Positions 26,375 through 35,760 of a DNA stretch of 64,000 nucleotides are shown here, in pieces. Made by a program: the position numbers and the translations under genes. The stretch is from IMG/VR virus record IMGVR_UViG_3300049170_000080, positions 888 through 64,887 of that record; one strand, 5' to 3'. Position 1 is the stretch's first letter; every line of letters starts with the position of its first letter. The DNA comes from a virus. Taxonomy: Duplodnaviria > Caudoviricetes. The notes under the pieces are model-generated. The model was not told the origin of the DNA and did no database searches. It worked only from the letters and a program-made list of their open reading frames with translations.

Positions 26375-26752
26375 ATGTCCGCAGCAGAACCGGTCGACCC
26401 TGCCCCCACACCGTCCGGATTGAACACCGGTCCGGGCGCGGCCGTAATCGATATCACCGCACACAGGAACCGGACCACGGGTAAGGGGTGGAGGGCGATG
26501 ACCGAACCGACACTCCCCGTGGAGGAGACCGAGACCGTGCGGCAGGCGTACGCGGGGGAGGTGGAGGCCGCGTTCAACGCGGCCGGCTACACCCTGACCG
26601 ACGAGACCACGGCGGGGGTGTACCTGCGCACGCTCGACGTCGTCGTCCACGCCCTGAACGGGGCGGCCGCCCAGGAGCTCGTCACGGCGGAGCAGCGCGA
26701 CGATCTGGCCGAGCTGATCGAGGACATGAGGTCCGTACCCCGACTTGTGTGA
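26375..26752 (+). CDS. Hypothetical protein
   Basis: ggagg/ggag RBS; alternative start at MTEPT. Confidence 0.6.
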   Translation: MSAAEPVDPAPTPSGLNTGPGAAVIDITAHRNRTTGKGWRAMTEPTLPVEETETVRQAYAGEVEAAFNAAGYTLTDETTAGVYLRTLDVVVHALNGAAAQELVTAEQRDDLAELIEDMRSVPRLV

Positions 26753-26963
26753 ATATGCCAGGGGTTCATACCGTTTCAGCGGTCGGACACCGACACTGAG
26801 CGCTGATCCTTTGACACAATCCGTTCAACTCGAGCCTCACACGTGCCAGTATGGGGCGTCCGGAATCACCCGGAGTCACAACTTCCGGCCTCCGGCGCGC
26901 GCCCCTGCACAACTCTGCACGGACGATCCGCGCCCCGGCGGCCGCCTACGGGACGGGGAAACC

Positions 26964-27509
26964 ATGGGCGCAGGAGACGACACCGCAGCACACCGCCTCG
27001 ACCTCCTCCACGCCTACTTCCTCGAGCATCCCGTCACCGGACCCACCGGCACCCCCCGCCGCCGCTCCTCCAGCCCCGGCACCCCGGTCAGCCTCACCAC
27101 GGTCGACCACATCGCCGACGCAGTCCGCGAGGTCACCGAACTCACCCGCGACGCCAACTCCGACGCCGCCCCCCTCCCGCCGCGCGTCGGCGACGTCTAC
27201 GCCTGGTGCGTGGAGAACACCCTCAATACGGAGCGGGCCCTCCAGCAGCGCCGCGACACCGTCATCTACCGGCAGCAGCTAGAGCACGCCATCGCCATGG
27301 GGGACACCAAGGTCGTCCGCCCCCACCGCTGCCCCGCCTGCCGCACCTTCGGCCTGATGTGGCCGGGCGACGGCGACCCGCGCGCCCTGTGCACCAACCG
27401 TCGGTGCCTGACCAGCGGCGGGATGTCCCGGCGGTGGACCCTGGCCCGCCTTGCGTACGAACACGTCGCGGAAAAGTACGAAAAAAGTGTTCGTGACTGT
27501 GCAACCTGA
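26964..27509 (+). CDS. Zinc-finger hypothetical protein
   Basis: CPACRTFGL..CTNRRC. Confidence 0.7.
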   Translation: MGAGDDTAAHRLDLLHAYFLEHPVTGPTGTPRRRSSSPGTPVSLTTVDHIADAVREVTELTRDANSDAAPLPPRVGDVYAWCVENTLNTERALQQRRDTVIYRQQLEHAIAMGDTKVVRPHRCPACRTFGLMWPGDGDPRALCTNRRCLTSGGMSRRWTLARLAYEHVAEKYEKSVRDCAT

Positions 27510-27642
27510 GCCCGGGTATGCGAGTCGTACTCACCAGCACCACCGCTGTACCTGAACCACACAACCGGACCTCCAAGGTCCACCCGTATTCGGCGTCACC
27601 GGAGCTGCGAACGATGGCGGCCGCCGACCCCGGGAGGCCAGC

Positions 27643-27888
27643 ATGGCCGTCACTGTCCAAAGCCCCTACGTCTTCGCCCCGGACCTGGTCTCCCTGAAGG
27701 AGGCCAGCGCGCTTTTCGCCGAATGCGGACCCGGCCGTGAGGCCTCCGCCCGGACCCTGAAACGGTGGGCGACCAAGCACGGCATCGCCGTCGAACGGGC
27801 CGGCCGCGACGACGTCGCCTCCTGGTCGGACCTCCTGGACATCCACGCCAAGGAGATCGACCGCCGCGAGGCCAGCGGCCAGGCGTAG
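27643..27888 (+). CDS. Small HTH (MerR/excisionase-like) protein
   Basis: VSLKEASALF..SARTLKRWATKHGI. Confidence 0.65.
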   Translation: MAVTVQSPYVFAPDLVSLKEASALFAECGPGREASARTLKRWATKHGIAVERAGRDDVASWSDLLDIHAKEIDRREASGQA

Positions 27889-27903
27889 CAGCCCCCTTCA
27901 TCC

Positions 27904-27935
27904 AGCCCCAGCTCCCGCACCCCGGAGCTGGGGCT
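27904..27935 (+). terminator. Intrinsic terminator
   Basis: AGCCCCAGCTCC-N8-GGAGCTGGGGCT followed by TTCTC. Confidence 0.8.
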
Positions 27936-27955
27936 TTCTCATACCAGCCCAGAAT

Positions 27956-27989
27956 GGCATTGCGCTGCAATGCCGATCGGGGTTATTGT
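27956..27989 (+). promoter_or_regulatory. Palindromic promoter/operator, copy 2
   Basis: GGCATTG-cgctg-CAATGCCGAT; TTGCGC-N18-TATTGT. Confidence 0.75.
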
Positions 27990-28059
27990 GGTTGGGCCGA
28001 CAACGACAGGACCCCTCAACACGGGCCTGACCACGCGTTTCTGACATCCCGGAGCACCC

Positions 28060-28389
28060 ATGGCCGTGATCACGCACGCCCTGCCACGCCTCGAACCCGG
28101 CACCACCAGCTACCACAACCTCACCGAGGCCCAGCAGACGCGCTTCGACCGCCTCATGGAAAAGGCCGACACGGCCGGCCCCGCGAACTACGGCGACGTC
28201 ATGGAAGCGGTCGCCGACCTGGTCGGCCTGCCGGAGGGCGAGATCCGCAAGTGCGGCTGCTCCTGCTGGTGCCCCGTCATCTTCGACGCCAACAGCGAAG
28301 ACGCGCACGTCATCGAGCACGGCGAGGACTACAACCTCGGCCGCCACCAGTGCCCCACCTGCGCCGACCACCACCGCGAAACCGCCTGA
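28060..28389 (+). CDS. Zinc-binding hypothetical protein
   Basis: CGCSCWC..CPTC; ggag RBS. Confidence 0.65.
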   Translation: MAVITHALPRLEPGTTSYHNLTEAQQTRFDRLMEKADTAGPANYGDVMEAVADLVGLPEGEIRKCGCSCWCPVIFDANSEDAHVIEHGEDYNLGRHQCPTCADHHRETA

Positions 28390-28405
28390 CGTCATGGAGA
28401 ACCTG

Positions 28406-29209
28406 ATGAGCAGCACCCCGAACCTCACCGAGTACGACGTCATCCTGGTCGCGAGCAGCGCAGGTAAGGACTCCCAGGCGATGCTCGACTACGTTGCCGA
28501 ACTGGCCGCGCAGGCCGATGTGATGGACCGGGTCGTCGTCCTCCACAACGACCTCGGCGAAGTCGAATGGCCCGGCACCGCCGAGCTGGCCCAGGAGCAG
28601 GCGGAGCACTACGGATTCCGCTACGAGATGCGTCACCGAGAGCAGGGTCTGCTTCTCGATCAGATCCGCGCGCGGCACTACAAGCTGCGCGCCAAGGGTG
28701 ACACCACCACTCCGGCCTGGCCGTCATCGGCAGCCCGTTACTGCACCTCTGACCAGAAGCGCGGTCCGGCTCGCAAGCTCATCACCCAGCTCGTCAGCGA
28801 ACTGAACCTCGACCGCCAGGCGCGCGTCCTGTACTGCCTCGGCATCAGGGCCCAGGAGTCCAGCGGACGAGCCAAGAAGCCCGCCCTGGAGCTCGACAAG
28901 GCCGCCACCAGCCGCGTCCGCGAGGTCACCACCTGGCACCCGATCCTCGACTGGACCGAAGACCAGGTGTGGGCACGCATCAAGGCATCCGGGGTCCGTT
29001 ACCACTGGGCCTACGACAAGGGCATGAAGCGGCTGTCCTGCTCCTTCTGCGTCCTCGCCTCCCGTGACGACCTGGCCTGCGCCGCCCGGCTCCGCCCCGC
29101 GATGGCCCGCAAGTACCTGGAGCTGGAGCAGGAGATCGGCCACACCTTCAAGGCCGACCTGTCCATGGCGGAGATCGTCGCCGAGGCCGAGTCCAACACG
29201 GCCGCCTGA
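28406..29209 (+). CDS. Phosphoadenosine-phosphosulfate reductase family protein
   Basis: PP-loop SSAGKDS, WPS..RYCTSDQK, GIRAQESSGR, PILDW, RLSCSFC. Confidence 0.85.
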   Translation: MSSTPNLTEYDVILVASSAGKDSQAMLDYVAELAAQADVMDRVVVLHNDLGEVEWPGTAELAQEQAEHYGFRYEMRHREQGLLLDQIRARHYKLRAKGDTTTPAWPSSAARYCTSDQKRGPARKLITQLVSELNLDRQARVLYCLGIRAQESSGRAKKPALELDKAATSRVREVTTWHPILDWTEDQVWARIKASGVRYHWAYDKGMKRLSCSFCVLASRDDLACAARLRPAMARKYLELEQEIGHTFKADLSMAEIVAEAESNTAA

Positions 29210-29283
29210 CCCACCCCACAGGCTCCCCGGCCGCGCACGACCACTGCTCTGCGCGGCCGGGTGAACAACCCCGGGAGACCCGC

Positions 29284-29730
29284 ATGCGCGACCCCAAGAA
29301 CGTCCTCGCCGACATGGCCGACGTCATCAACCTCGAAGGCCTCCACCGCGGCGAGCAGCTCGGCCAGCGAGGCTACGTCGACCGTTTCGACCTGTGCGCC
29401 CACGCCTACCTGCGCGCCGAATGGGTCGGCTCGAACAGCGTCCCCGCCGAGTTCTTCGACGACGAACTCGGCGGTATCCGCCTCATCGAGTCCAGCGCCG
29501 GCGCCATGGCCGCCCTCCGCGCCATCTCCGACGTCCTGGACTCCACCGTCGACGAGGAAGAGCTGGTCCCCGGCCTGCACGTGCCGAACTACATCGCGCA
29601 CGTCTCCAACTGGGCCCGCTTCGGCCCGCCCTGCAGCAACCAGCCGCCCACCGTCAGCGAGGTCATCGGGTGCCTCCACCGGGCCGCGAACACCCTCGCC
29701 ATCCAGACGCCCGCTGCTCCCGCCGCCTGA
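29284..29730 (+). CDS. Hypothetical protein (DUF6197-like)
   Basis: HVSNWA..PT.SEVIG.L.RAA pattern recalled from Streptomyces phage proteins. Confidence 0.5.
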   Translation: MRDPKNVLADMADVINLEGLHRGEQLGQRGYVDRFDLCAHAYLRAEWVGSNSVPAEFFDDELGGIRLIESSAGAMAALRAISDVLDSTVDEEELVPGLHVPNYIAHVSNWARFGPPCSNQPPTVSEVIGCLHRAANTLAIQTPAAPAA

Positions 29731-29745
29731 AAGGTCCCAACTGCC

Positions 29746-30039
29746 ATGACCTGCATGACCGTCGCCCCGACCGCCGGCGACTACACGGACCACCCCGACT
29801 ACCTGCGCGGCCGCGCCGACGCCGGCGACCACGCGCTCGAGCGCACGGTCGACGAGATGGTCGTGCTGCTCAGCATGGCCATCGACTACGCGTCCATCCC
29901 GTACGCGGAGGGGTACGCCGACCGCGTCACCGAACTCCGCCTCGAGCTCGACACCGTGGCCCCGCTGGAAATGGAACTCGCGCACACCCGGCGGCCCAAG
30001 CAGGACCGGCGCCCCACCGCCTGGGGGTGGGCCGCGTGA
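29746..30039 (+). CDS. Hypothetical protein
   Basis: 97 aa in dense operon with overlapping stop/start. Confidence 0.6.
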   Translation: MTCMTVAPTAGDYTDHPDYLRGRADAGDHALERTVDEMVVLLSMAIDYASIPYAEGYADRVTELRLELDTVAPLEMELAHTRRPKQDRRPTAWGWAA

Positions 30040-30713
30040 ACCTCCGCCGCATCGCCTCCACTGCCTTCACCCTCACCCTCGCCGCGGGCGCGCTCCTCGT
30101 CGCCCCCACCGACGCCCACCCCGCCGGGCCCGTCACCTCCGGCAACGGCTGGAAGATCGGCGCGCCCCGCATCACCCACATCGACAGCAAGCCCTGGGTG
30201 ATCGCCTTCCACGACAGCACCTCCCGCACCAAGCTCACCCCCTACCTGCGCCACACGGCCGCCGAACTCACCGAGCGGCTCGGGGTCCAGGTCACCGTCA
30301 CCACGCGGATCGTCCCCGCCAGCCGCACCACCTGCACCCGCGGCCACGTCATCACCTACCGGTACATGAGCAAGCCCAACCCGGACCGGCCCAACCAGTC
30401 CTTCGCCGTCGTATGCGGCAACAGCAGGCAGGCCGCCGACGGCGCCTCCATCTACATCAACTCCGACTACTGGTCCCCCACCCGCCGCTTCCGCGAGTCC
30501 ACGCGCATGAACGTCATCTGGCACGAGTCCGCGCACGCCGTCGGTCTCACCCACCCCGACACCTGCCCCACCAACGCCGACGGCCGCCGGCCCCTGATGT
30601 GCGCCGACCAGCCCACGGACCTGCGCACCCGCCGCTACAGCCCCTACGAGACCGCCGGCTTCCGCCGCCTGATCGCCAACCGCATCTACTACAGCCCCTA
30701 CGCCCCCCAGTAA
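30036..30713 (+). CDS. Secreted zinc metalloprotease (metzincin-like)
   Basis: Signal peptide (MNLRRIASTAFTLTLAAGALLVAP..AHP); WHESAHAVGLTH = HExxHxxGxxH; downstream PLM Met-turn. Confidence 0.75.
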   Translation: MNLRRIASTAFTLTLAAGALLVAPTDAHPAGPVTSGNGWKIGAPRITHIDSKPWVIAFHDSTSRTKLTPYLRHTAAELTERLGVQVTVTTRIVPASRTTCTRGHVITYRYMSKPNPDRPNQSFAVVCGNSRQAADGASIYINSDYWSPTRRFRESTRMNVIWHESAHAVGLTHPDTCPTNADGRRPLMCADQPTDLRTRRYSPYETAGFRRLIANRIYYSPYAPQ

Positions 30714-30783
30714 CCCCGCACCGCTCGCCCACCAGCACGGAGATCCACCCCATCACAGCACCACGCCAGGACGGAGCCACACC

Positions 30784-31485
30784 ATGGCCAGGACCCCCAG
30801 CCCGCGCAAGGCCACCACCGAACAGCCACGCAAGGCCGGCACGACACGCAAGGCCGCCGCCAAGACGACCCGCGCGCCCCGCAAGGCCACCGCGACGAAG
30901 CCCGCAAAGCCCGCTCTGTCCCTGGTCACGAACACCCCGGACACCGACGACCGCTCCACCGTCGTCGACCTCCGCCCCCCGGTCCCCGTCCGCCGCAAGC
31001 TGTTCGTCGGCCCCATGGGCCCCAACGAGCAAGCCGCCATCCGCGCCGCCCTCGCCGCCGCAGCCCTCGGCCTCCCCGTCCCCGTTCGCGCCTGGACCGG
31101 ATCCCAAGCCCAGCTCGCCGACGGTCTCCTCCTCATCCACAACCCCGGCCCCGACCGCATGTTCACCGCCCAGATCGCGTGCCGCCACGGCGCCATACAC
31201 GGCTGGCCCATCTCCACCGCCCAGCAGCTGCGCGAAGCCCGCGCCCTCACCCACGCCTGCGAACGCCGCCACGCCGCCCCCACCACCCACGACGACGGCA
31301 TCACCTGCGACTACGAGAAGGCCATCCAGCACGGCATCCGCCCCACCAACCGGCTCGCCGAAGGCATCAAGACCATCCGCAAAGCCCGCACCACCACCCA
31401 GTCCCTGCACCTCAACCAGATCACCGACGGACTCAAGACCCAGGCCGCCGACACCGAGCCCGCGAAGGAGCACCCCAAGCCGTGA
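30784..31485 (+). CDS. Hypothetical protein with K/A/T-rich histone-like N-terminus
   Basis: RKATT..RKAAAKTTRAPRKATATKPAKP. Confidence 0.65.
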   Translation: MARTPSPRKATTEQPRKAGTTRKAAAKTTRAPRKATATKPAKPALSLVTNTPDTDDRSTVVDLRPPVPVRRKLFVGPMGPNEQAAIRAALAAAALGLPVPVRAWTGSQAQLADGLLLIHNPGPDRMFTAQIACRHGAIHGWPISTAQQLREARALTHACERRHAAPTTHDDGITCDYEKAIQHGIRPTNRLAEGIKTIRKARTTTQSLHLNQITDGLKTQAADTEPAKEHPKP

Positions 31486-31961
31486 CCGGACTCCCCAAGG
31501 ACGTCCTGGACGCGGCGGACGCCGCCTTCGAGGATTGCCGCGACCGTAACGAGCACGCCCACGAGTTCCGTACCGGATCGTGCTGCCTTCGCGCCGCCAT
31601 CACCGCGGCCCTGGGTGTCCACGCTGCCGAGCAATGGGCCGAGAAGCAGGCCGACCAGCTATGCCTGAGGTACGCCGACTTCCGTGCCGGCAGGTGGGAG
31701 ATGGAGCTGTCCATGGCCCGCGAGATGGGCGCCGCCTACACCGCCATGGCCAAGACCCTCCTCGGCGACGCCCCCAACTACACCGAAACGAAGATCTGCT
31801 TCGACACGAAGATCGCGGAGTCACCGGAGACGTACACGCTGGTCGTCCAGCGACACGCCCCCGGCGTCCTCACCCCGCACGAAGCCCGGCAAAAGGCCGA
31901 GGCCCGCGTTGGCGAACTTGAAGCCGAACTACGGCAGCTGCGCGGTGAAGCACATGCCTGA
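31482..31961 (+). CDS. Hypothetical protein
   Basis: GTGA overlap; C-terminal coiled coil. Confidence 0.6.
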   Translation: MTGLPKDVLDAADAAFEDCRDRNEHAHEFRTGSCCLRAAITAALGVHAAEQWAEKQADQLCLRYADFRAGRWEMELSMAREMGAAYTAMAKTLLGDAPNYTETKICFDTKIAESPETYTLVVQRHAPGVLTPHEARQKAEARVGELEAELRQLRGEAHA

Positions 31962-32178
31962 CCACGCCCAGGACTACGTCGCAAGCCTCGCCGCCGAGCT
32001 CCGCAACCGGCACCCGGCCCTGCAGCCCACCACCGTCGAGGACGACCTCGCCCTCCTGCGCGCACGCCTCGCCATCGTGGCCCGCTTCATCCACGACCCC
32101 CTCCACGACCGGGCAGCCCGCGAAGCCCTCGCCCGCGACCTCCAACTCCCCGCCCCCGCCCCGGAGGCCCACCAGTGA
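31954..32178 (+). CDS. Hypothetical protein
   Basis: 74 aa, operon-coupled. Confidence 0.55.
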   Translation: MPDHAQDYVASLAAELRNRHPALQPTTVEDDLALLRARLAIVARFIHDPLHDRAAREALARDLQLPAPAPEAHQ

Positions 32179-33002
32179 CGGCCAAGACCAGGTACCCCTG
32201 CCCCAACGACCAGAAGAAGCGCTACGCCACCCGCGAAGCCGCCGAAAGCGCCGCACGCCGATCCCAGATAGCCATCGACACCCCCCTCCACCCCTACGTC
32301 TGCGTCTGCACCTGGTGGCATCTCAGCAAGCGGACCCCCGACACCGTGCCCACCGACGCCATCGCCGACCCGAACGACATCTACCGCCTGCAAATCCAGT
32401 CCGACGCCGCCTTCCGCGAGACCGTCGCCACCGAGGCCCGCGGCAAGCTCCCCACGCACGACCGCATCGCCCTCCGCCAGCCCGGCAACCTCCTGCGCTG
32501 GCACAAAGCCCTCAAGGAACTCCGAGCCGACGTCAACCGGCAACTCACCACCCGCGCCACCGACAAATCCCTCGAGGCCCACGACTGGCGCAGGCGCGCC
32601 GAGGGATACCGCGACACCCTCACCCTCCGCCTCCAGGAATGCCGCGACCTACGCGCCCGACACCTGGAGAAAACCCAGCAGCAGCGCGACGCCGAGCACC
32701 TCGAGCGCACCGCCTCCCAAGCGGAGATCCAGCAGGCGGCAGCCGCCTCCAACGCAGCCCGCCGAGCAGCCCGCGACGAGGAACTGGACCGGCAACTCGA
32801 CACCCACGGCGCCCCCTCCCACCGCAACAAGGAACTCAGGCGCCAAGCCGGCGAGAACGCCATCAAGCGCCTCATCGATGCCCACGGCGTCGAGTTCACC
32901 CGCTACCTCGCCGAGGAATGCGCCGTCCTCGGAGCGCCACTCCCGAACCGCGTACGCAAGTACCTCACCGATGACTCCGCCGACCTCGCCCAGACGGCCT
33001 GA
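32175..33002 (+). CDS. Hypothetical protein with N-terminal zinc motif and coiled coil
   Basis: CPNDQKKRYATRE..PYVCVCTWWHLS. Confidence 0.65.
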   Translation: MTAKTRYPCPNDQKKRYATREAAESAARRSQIAIDTPLHPYVCVCTWWHLSKRTPDTVPTDAIADPNDIYRLQIQSDAAFRETVATEARGKLPTHDRIALRQPGNLLRWHKALKELRADVNRQLTTRATDKSLEAHDWRRRAEGYRDTLTLRLQECRDLRARHLEKTQQQRDAEHLERTASQAEIQQAAAASNAARRAARDEELDRQLDTHGAPSHRNKELRRQAGENAIKRLIDAHGVEFTRYLAEECAVLGAPLPNRVRKYLTDDSADLAQTA

Positions 33003-33021
33003 CCAGGGAGACCCCACCCCC

Positions 33022-33564
33022 GTGACCATCACCGACCCCGAGCCCGCCACCGATACCTGGCAGCAGGTCGCCGACATCACCGTCTACGGCACCCCCGCCG
33101 GCCAAGGAGCCATCAGCTTCCTCGGCAAGGGCCGCGGGGCCAAGCACACCAACGAAAAGACCCTCAAGCCGTGGCGCCGCGACATCGTTCTGGCCACCCG
33201 GGACGCCACCGGCGCCCACGGATACACCGACTGGGCCGGCATCTGCCTCACTTGCCGCATCAAGAAGGACGAACACGGCCTGCACGTCAACGTCCCCACC
33301 CGAGCGGACATCACCATCACCGTCGCCAAGCCGAAGAGGGCCCCCAAGCGGCGCAGAACCTGGCCCATCACCCGCTCCAGCCACGACATCGACCACCACG
33401 CCCGCGCCGTCCTCGACTCACTCTCCGCATCCGGCGTGATCAAGGACGACTCGCAGGTCACCGAGCTCGCCATCCGCAAGGTCTACCCGAACGAGCACCC
33501 GGACGCGCTGGCCGAGCCTGGCGCCATCATCCGCCTCTACACCCTTCCCGGAGCCACCAAATGA
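33022..33564 (+). CDS. rusA: RusA-like Holliday junction resolvase
   Basis: VYGTPAGQG, KPWR, DIDHHARAVLDSL, DDSQV..L.IRK. Confidence 0.8.
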   Translation: MTITDPEPATDTWQQVADITVYGTPAGQGAISFLGKGRGAKHTNEKTLKPWRRDIVLATRDATGAHGYTDWAGICLTCRIKKDEHGLHVNVPTRADITITVAKPKRAPKRRRTWPITRSSHDIDHHARAVLDSLSASGVIKDDSQVTELAIRKVYPNEHPDALAEPGAIIRLYTLPGATK

Positions 33565-34022
33565 GCCTGACGACCCGCCGCCCCACAACCGACGCCGCCG
33601 ACTGGCGCGCCCTGGCCTCCTGCGCCGAAGTGGACGGAGAGCTGTTCTTCCCCGTCGGTGACAACGACGCGGCCCGCGCCCAAGCCGCGCAGGCCAAGAA
33701 GGTCTGTGCTGGCTGCCCGGTCCAGGAGACGTGCTTGTCGTGGGCACTGGAGCACCGGCAGGACACCGGCGTATGGGGAGGGCTCACCGAAGAGGAACGC
33801 GGTCGCATCCACCAGAGGCGCGGGGAGGGCTACTGGGCCCGGCGTCGGAATGTGGCGGACCACATCTATGAGACGCGGGTGGAGGAGTTCCAGGCGTTGG
33901 TGGATCAAGGGCTGGATCCGCAGCAGATCGCGACGGAGATGGGGACCAACGTGCAGACCGTGAATCGGGTTCTGGATCGCCTTGCTGCTGACCGCACGGC
34001 CGGGCAGGAGGTTGCGGTATGA
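33561..34022 (+). CDS. whiB: WhiB-family transcription factor with C-terminal HTH
   Basis: W..ASC..D.ELFFP, AKKVCAGCPVQETC, GVWGGLTEEER. Confidence 0.9.
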   Translation: MSLTTRRPTTDAADWRALASCAEVDGELFFPVGDNDAARAQAAQAKKVCAGCPVQETCLSWALEHRQDTGVWGGLTEEERGRIHQRRGEGYWARRRNVADHIYETRVEEFQALVDQGLDPQQIATEMGTNVQTVNRVLDRLAADRTAGQEVAV

Positions 34023-34828
34023 GCGCGTTGACGTCGAGGCAGCGGGGCGATTTGGCTGAGCAGATGCTGCCGGTGGCGGCGAACCTGGCGGTGCTGGTGC
34101 ACGGCGATGGCGGGCCGGAGGACATCGGTGAGGTGCTGTCCGGGCTGAGCGACACGGAGAAGAACGCGCTGCTGGTGGTGCTGGCGGGGATGGTCGATCT
34201 GGACCGTCCGGTAGGCAGCGGCCTGTCCTGGACTGCGGTGACCCGGAACGGGGCCCTGCCGATGCAGTCGTGGCTGGGTCAGCGGCCGCTGCGGGAGCAC
34301 GCCTCGGAGGCGGTGGTGGAGCTGGGTGAGGACTTCGTGGACTGGGCGGCCGTCGCCAAGTTCCTGAAGGGCTTCCGTGTGGAGGTGACGGACGCGGACT
34401 TCCTCGCGGCGGTGCAGCAGTGCGTGGCGGACGGGATGTCGCTGGCGGATGTCGACCTGCTGCGGCGGTGGCCGGCGAGGACCGCGGAGAACTGGGTGAA
34501 CCGGCTGCGGAAGCGGTATCAGCGTTCGGGCCGGGAGTTCCCGAGCCTGGCCCCGGCGGCCGGGCGGGAGTTCACCGAGAAGGAGGTGGTGGAGATCCGG
34601 GTGCGGTCACAGCGCGGGGTGACGGACCTGGAGATCGCGTTGTCCTTCGACTGCACGCGGGAGACGGTCGCGGACATTTGCCGGGGCCGACGGTATCGGG
34701 ACTTCGGTGGGCCGATTCGGGAGGCTCGGAGCGCGAAGGGACTGCGGGCGTCGCGGCAGTTCATGCGTGGGCACGCGGATGGGTCGCAGGCGGCGCTGAA
34801 GCGGCACCAGGTGGGCACGGCGGCCTGA
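34019..34828 (+). CDS. Putative DNA-binding protein (two HTH-like segments)
   Basis: GMSLADVD..W and GVTDLEIALSFDCTRETVADICRG. Confidence 0.6.
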   Translation: MSALTSRQRGDLAEQMLPVAANLAVLVHGDGGPEDIGEVLSGLSDTEKNALLVVLAGMVDLDRPVGSGLSWTAVTRNGALPMQSWLGQRPLREHASEAVVELGEDFVDWAAVAKFLKGFRVEVTDADFLAAVQQCVADGMSLADVDLLRRWPARTAENWVNRLRKRYQRSGREFPSLAPAAGREFTEKEVVEIRVRSQRGVTDLEIALSFDCTRETVADICRGRRYRDFGGPIREARSAKGLRASRQFMRGHADGSQAALKRHQVGTAA

Positions 34829-34890
34829 ACTGCGGCGGGTGCGGTAGGGGTCTGGCCTTCGGGCTGGGCCCCTTTCGCATGCCATCCAAT

Positions 34891-34931
34891 CCCGTATCGG
34901 CATTGCGTTACCATGCCGATACGGCTAGTCT
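34891..34931 (+). promoter_or_regulatory. Palindromic promoter/operator, copy 3
   Basis: CCCGTATCGGCATTG-cgtta-CCATGCCGATACGG; TTGCGT-N17-TAGTCT. Confidence 0.8.
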
Positions 34932-34975
34932 GGTGGTGCCGACAACGACCCACCCAGCACACCCTTGGGGGACCC

Positions 34976-35089
34976 GTGCCCTGTGACTGCGGCGCCACCC
35001 GCGAAGAACTCGCCGCTGGCATCCACGCCCCCGAATGCATCAGCCACGACGGCCGGACCGACGACCCGTCCGACCACTACGGCCAGTAG
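34976..35089 (+). CDS. Small Cys/His peptide ORF
   Basis: GTG after ggggga; MPCDCGATREELAAGIHAPEC..; first ORF after promoter 3. Confidence 0.4.
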   Translation: MPCDCGATREELAAGIHAPECISHDGRTDDPSDHYGQ

Positions 35090-35097
35090 GAGAACCG

Positions 35098-35760
35098 ATG
35101 GCCCGCAAGAACATCCCAGCGCCCTACGGCTGTTCCTGGTGCGGCGACGAGAAGCACCACCACGGGAACCAGTGGTCGCTGATCATCGGACTGCATGAGT
35201 GGCGGCAGCCCACGCAAGAGCAGATCAAGGAACGCATGCTGCGCCGCCTTGACGCCCGACTGAACGCTGAGCCGCCGAAGTACCACGCCACTACGGCTTG
35301 GGCCGCCGACCTGAGCGGTGAGAGCGCCGACCCGTACTGCGCCGACTGCAAGACCGACAGCTGCCGTCCCTGGCAGCGGATCCAAACGAAACTCGACCGG
35401 ATCCGCTGGGGGATCGCCTACCCGACGAAGCACTCTCAGCGCACCCAGGCGGGCGGCTGGGGAGGCGACCTGCCGTTCCGACTTCGGTCCCCTACGTCCT
35501 CTGGGGGACCGTCCCGGCCGCGCTTCCCCCCAGCGCGGCAGCCGCCGCCCCACCCCCGCACCCCCTCGCGGGTGGGGCGGCGGCACCCACAACCCGAACC
35601 ATCCAGCCGAAGGGCAGTAAGTGAACGCCTACTACAAAGACGATCAGGTCACCCTGCTACTCGGCGACTCCCTACAGGTCCTCCAGACGTTGCCAGACGC
35701 ATCCGTCGACTGCGTCATTACCTCACCGCCCTACTACGGTCTGCGCGACTACGGCGCTGA
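35098..35760 (+). CDS. Zinc-binding hypothetical protein; true end probably near 35481
   Basis: aggag RBS; CSWC..CADC; after GGDLPF the frame becomes low-complexity and overlaps the next gene. Confidence 0.55.
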   Translation: MARKNIPAPYGCSWCGDEKHHHGNQWSLIIGLHEWRQPTQEQIKERMLRRLDARLNAEPPKYHATTAWAADLSGESADPYCADCKTDSCRPWQRIQTKLDRIRWGIAYPTKHSQRTQAGGWGGDLPFRLRSPTSSGGPSRPRFPPARQPPPHPRTPSRVGRRHPQPEPSSRRAVSERLLQRRSGHPATRRLPTGPPDVARRIRRLRHYLTALLRSARLRR

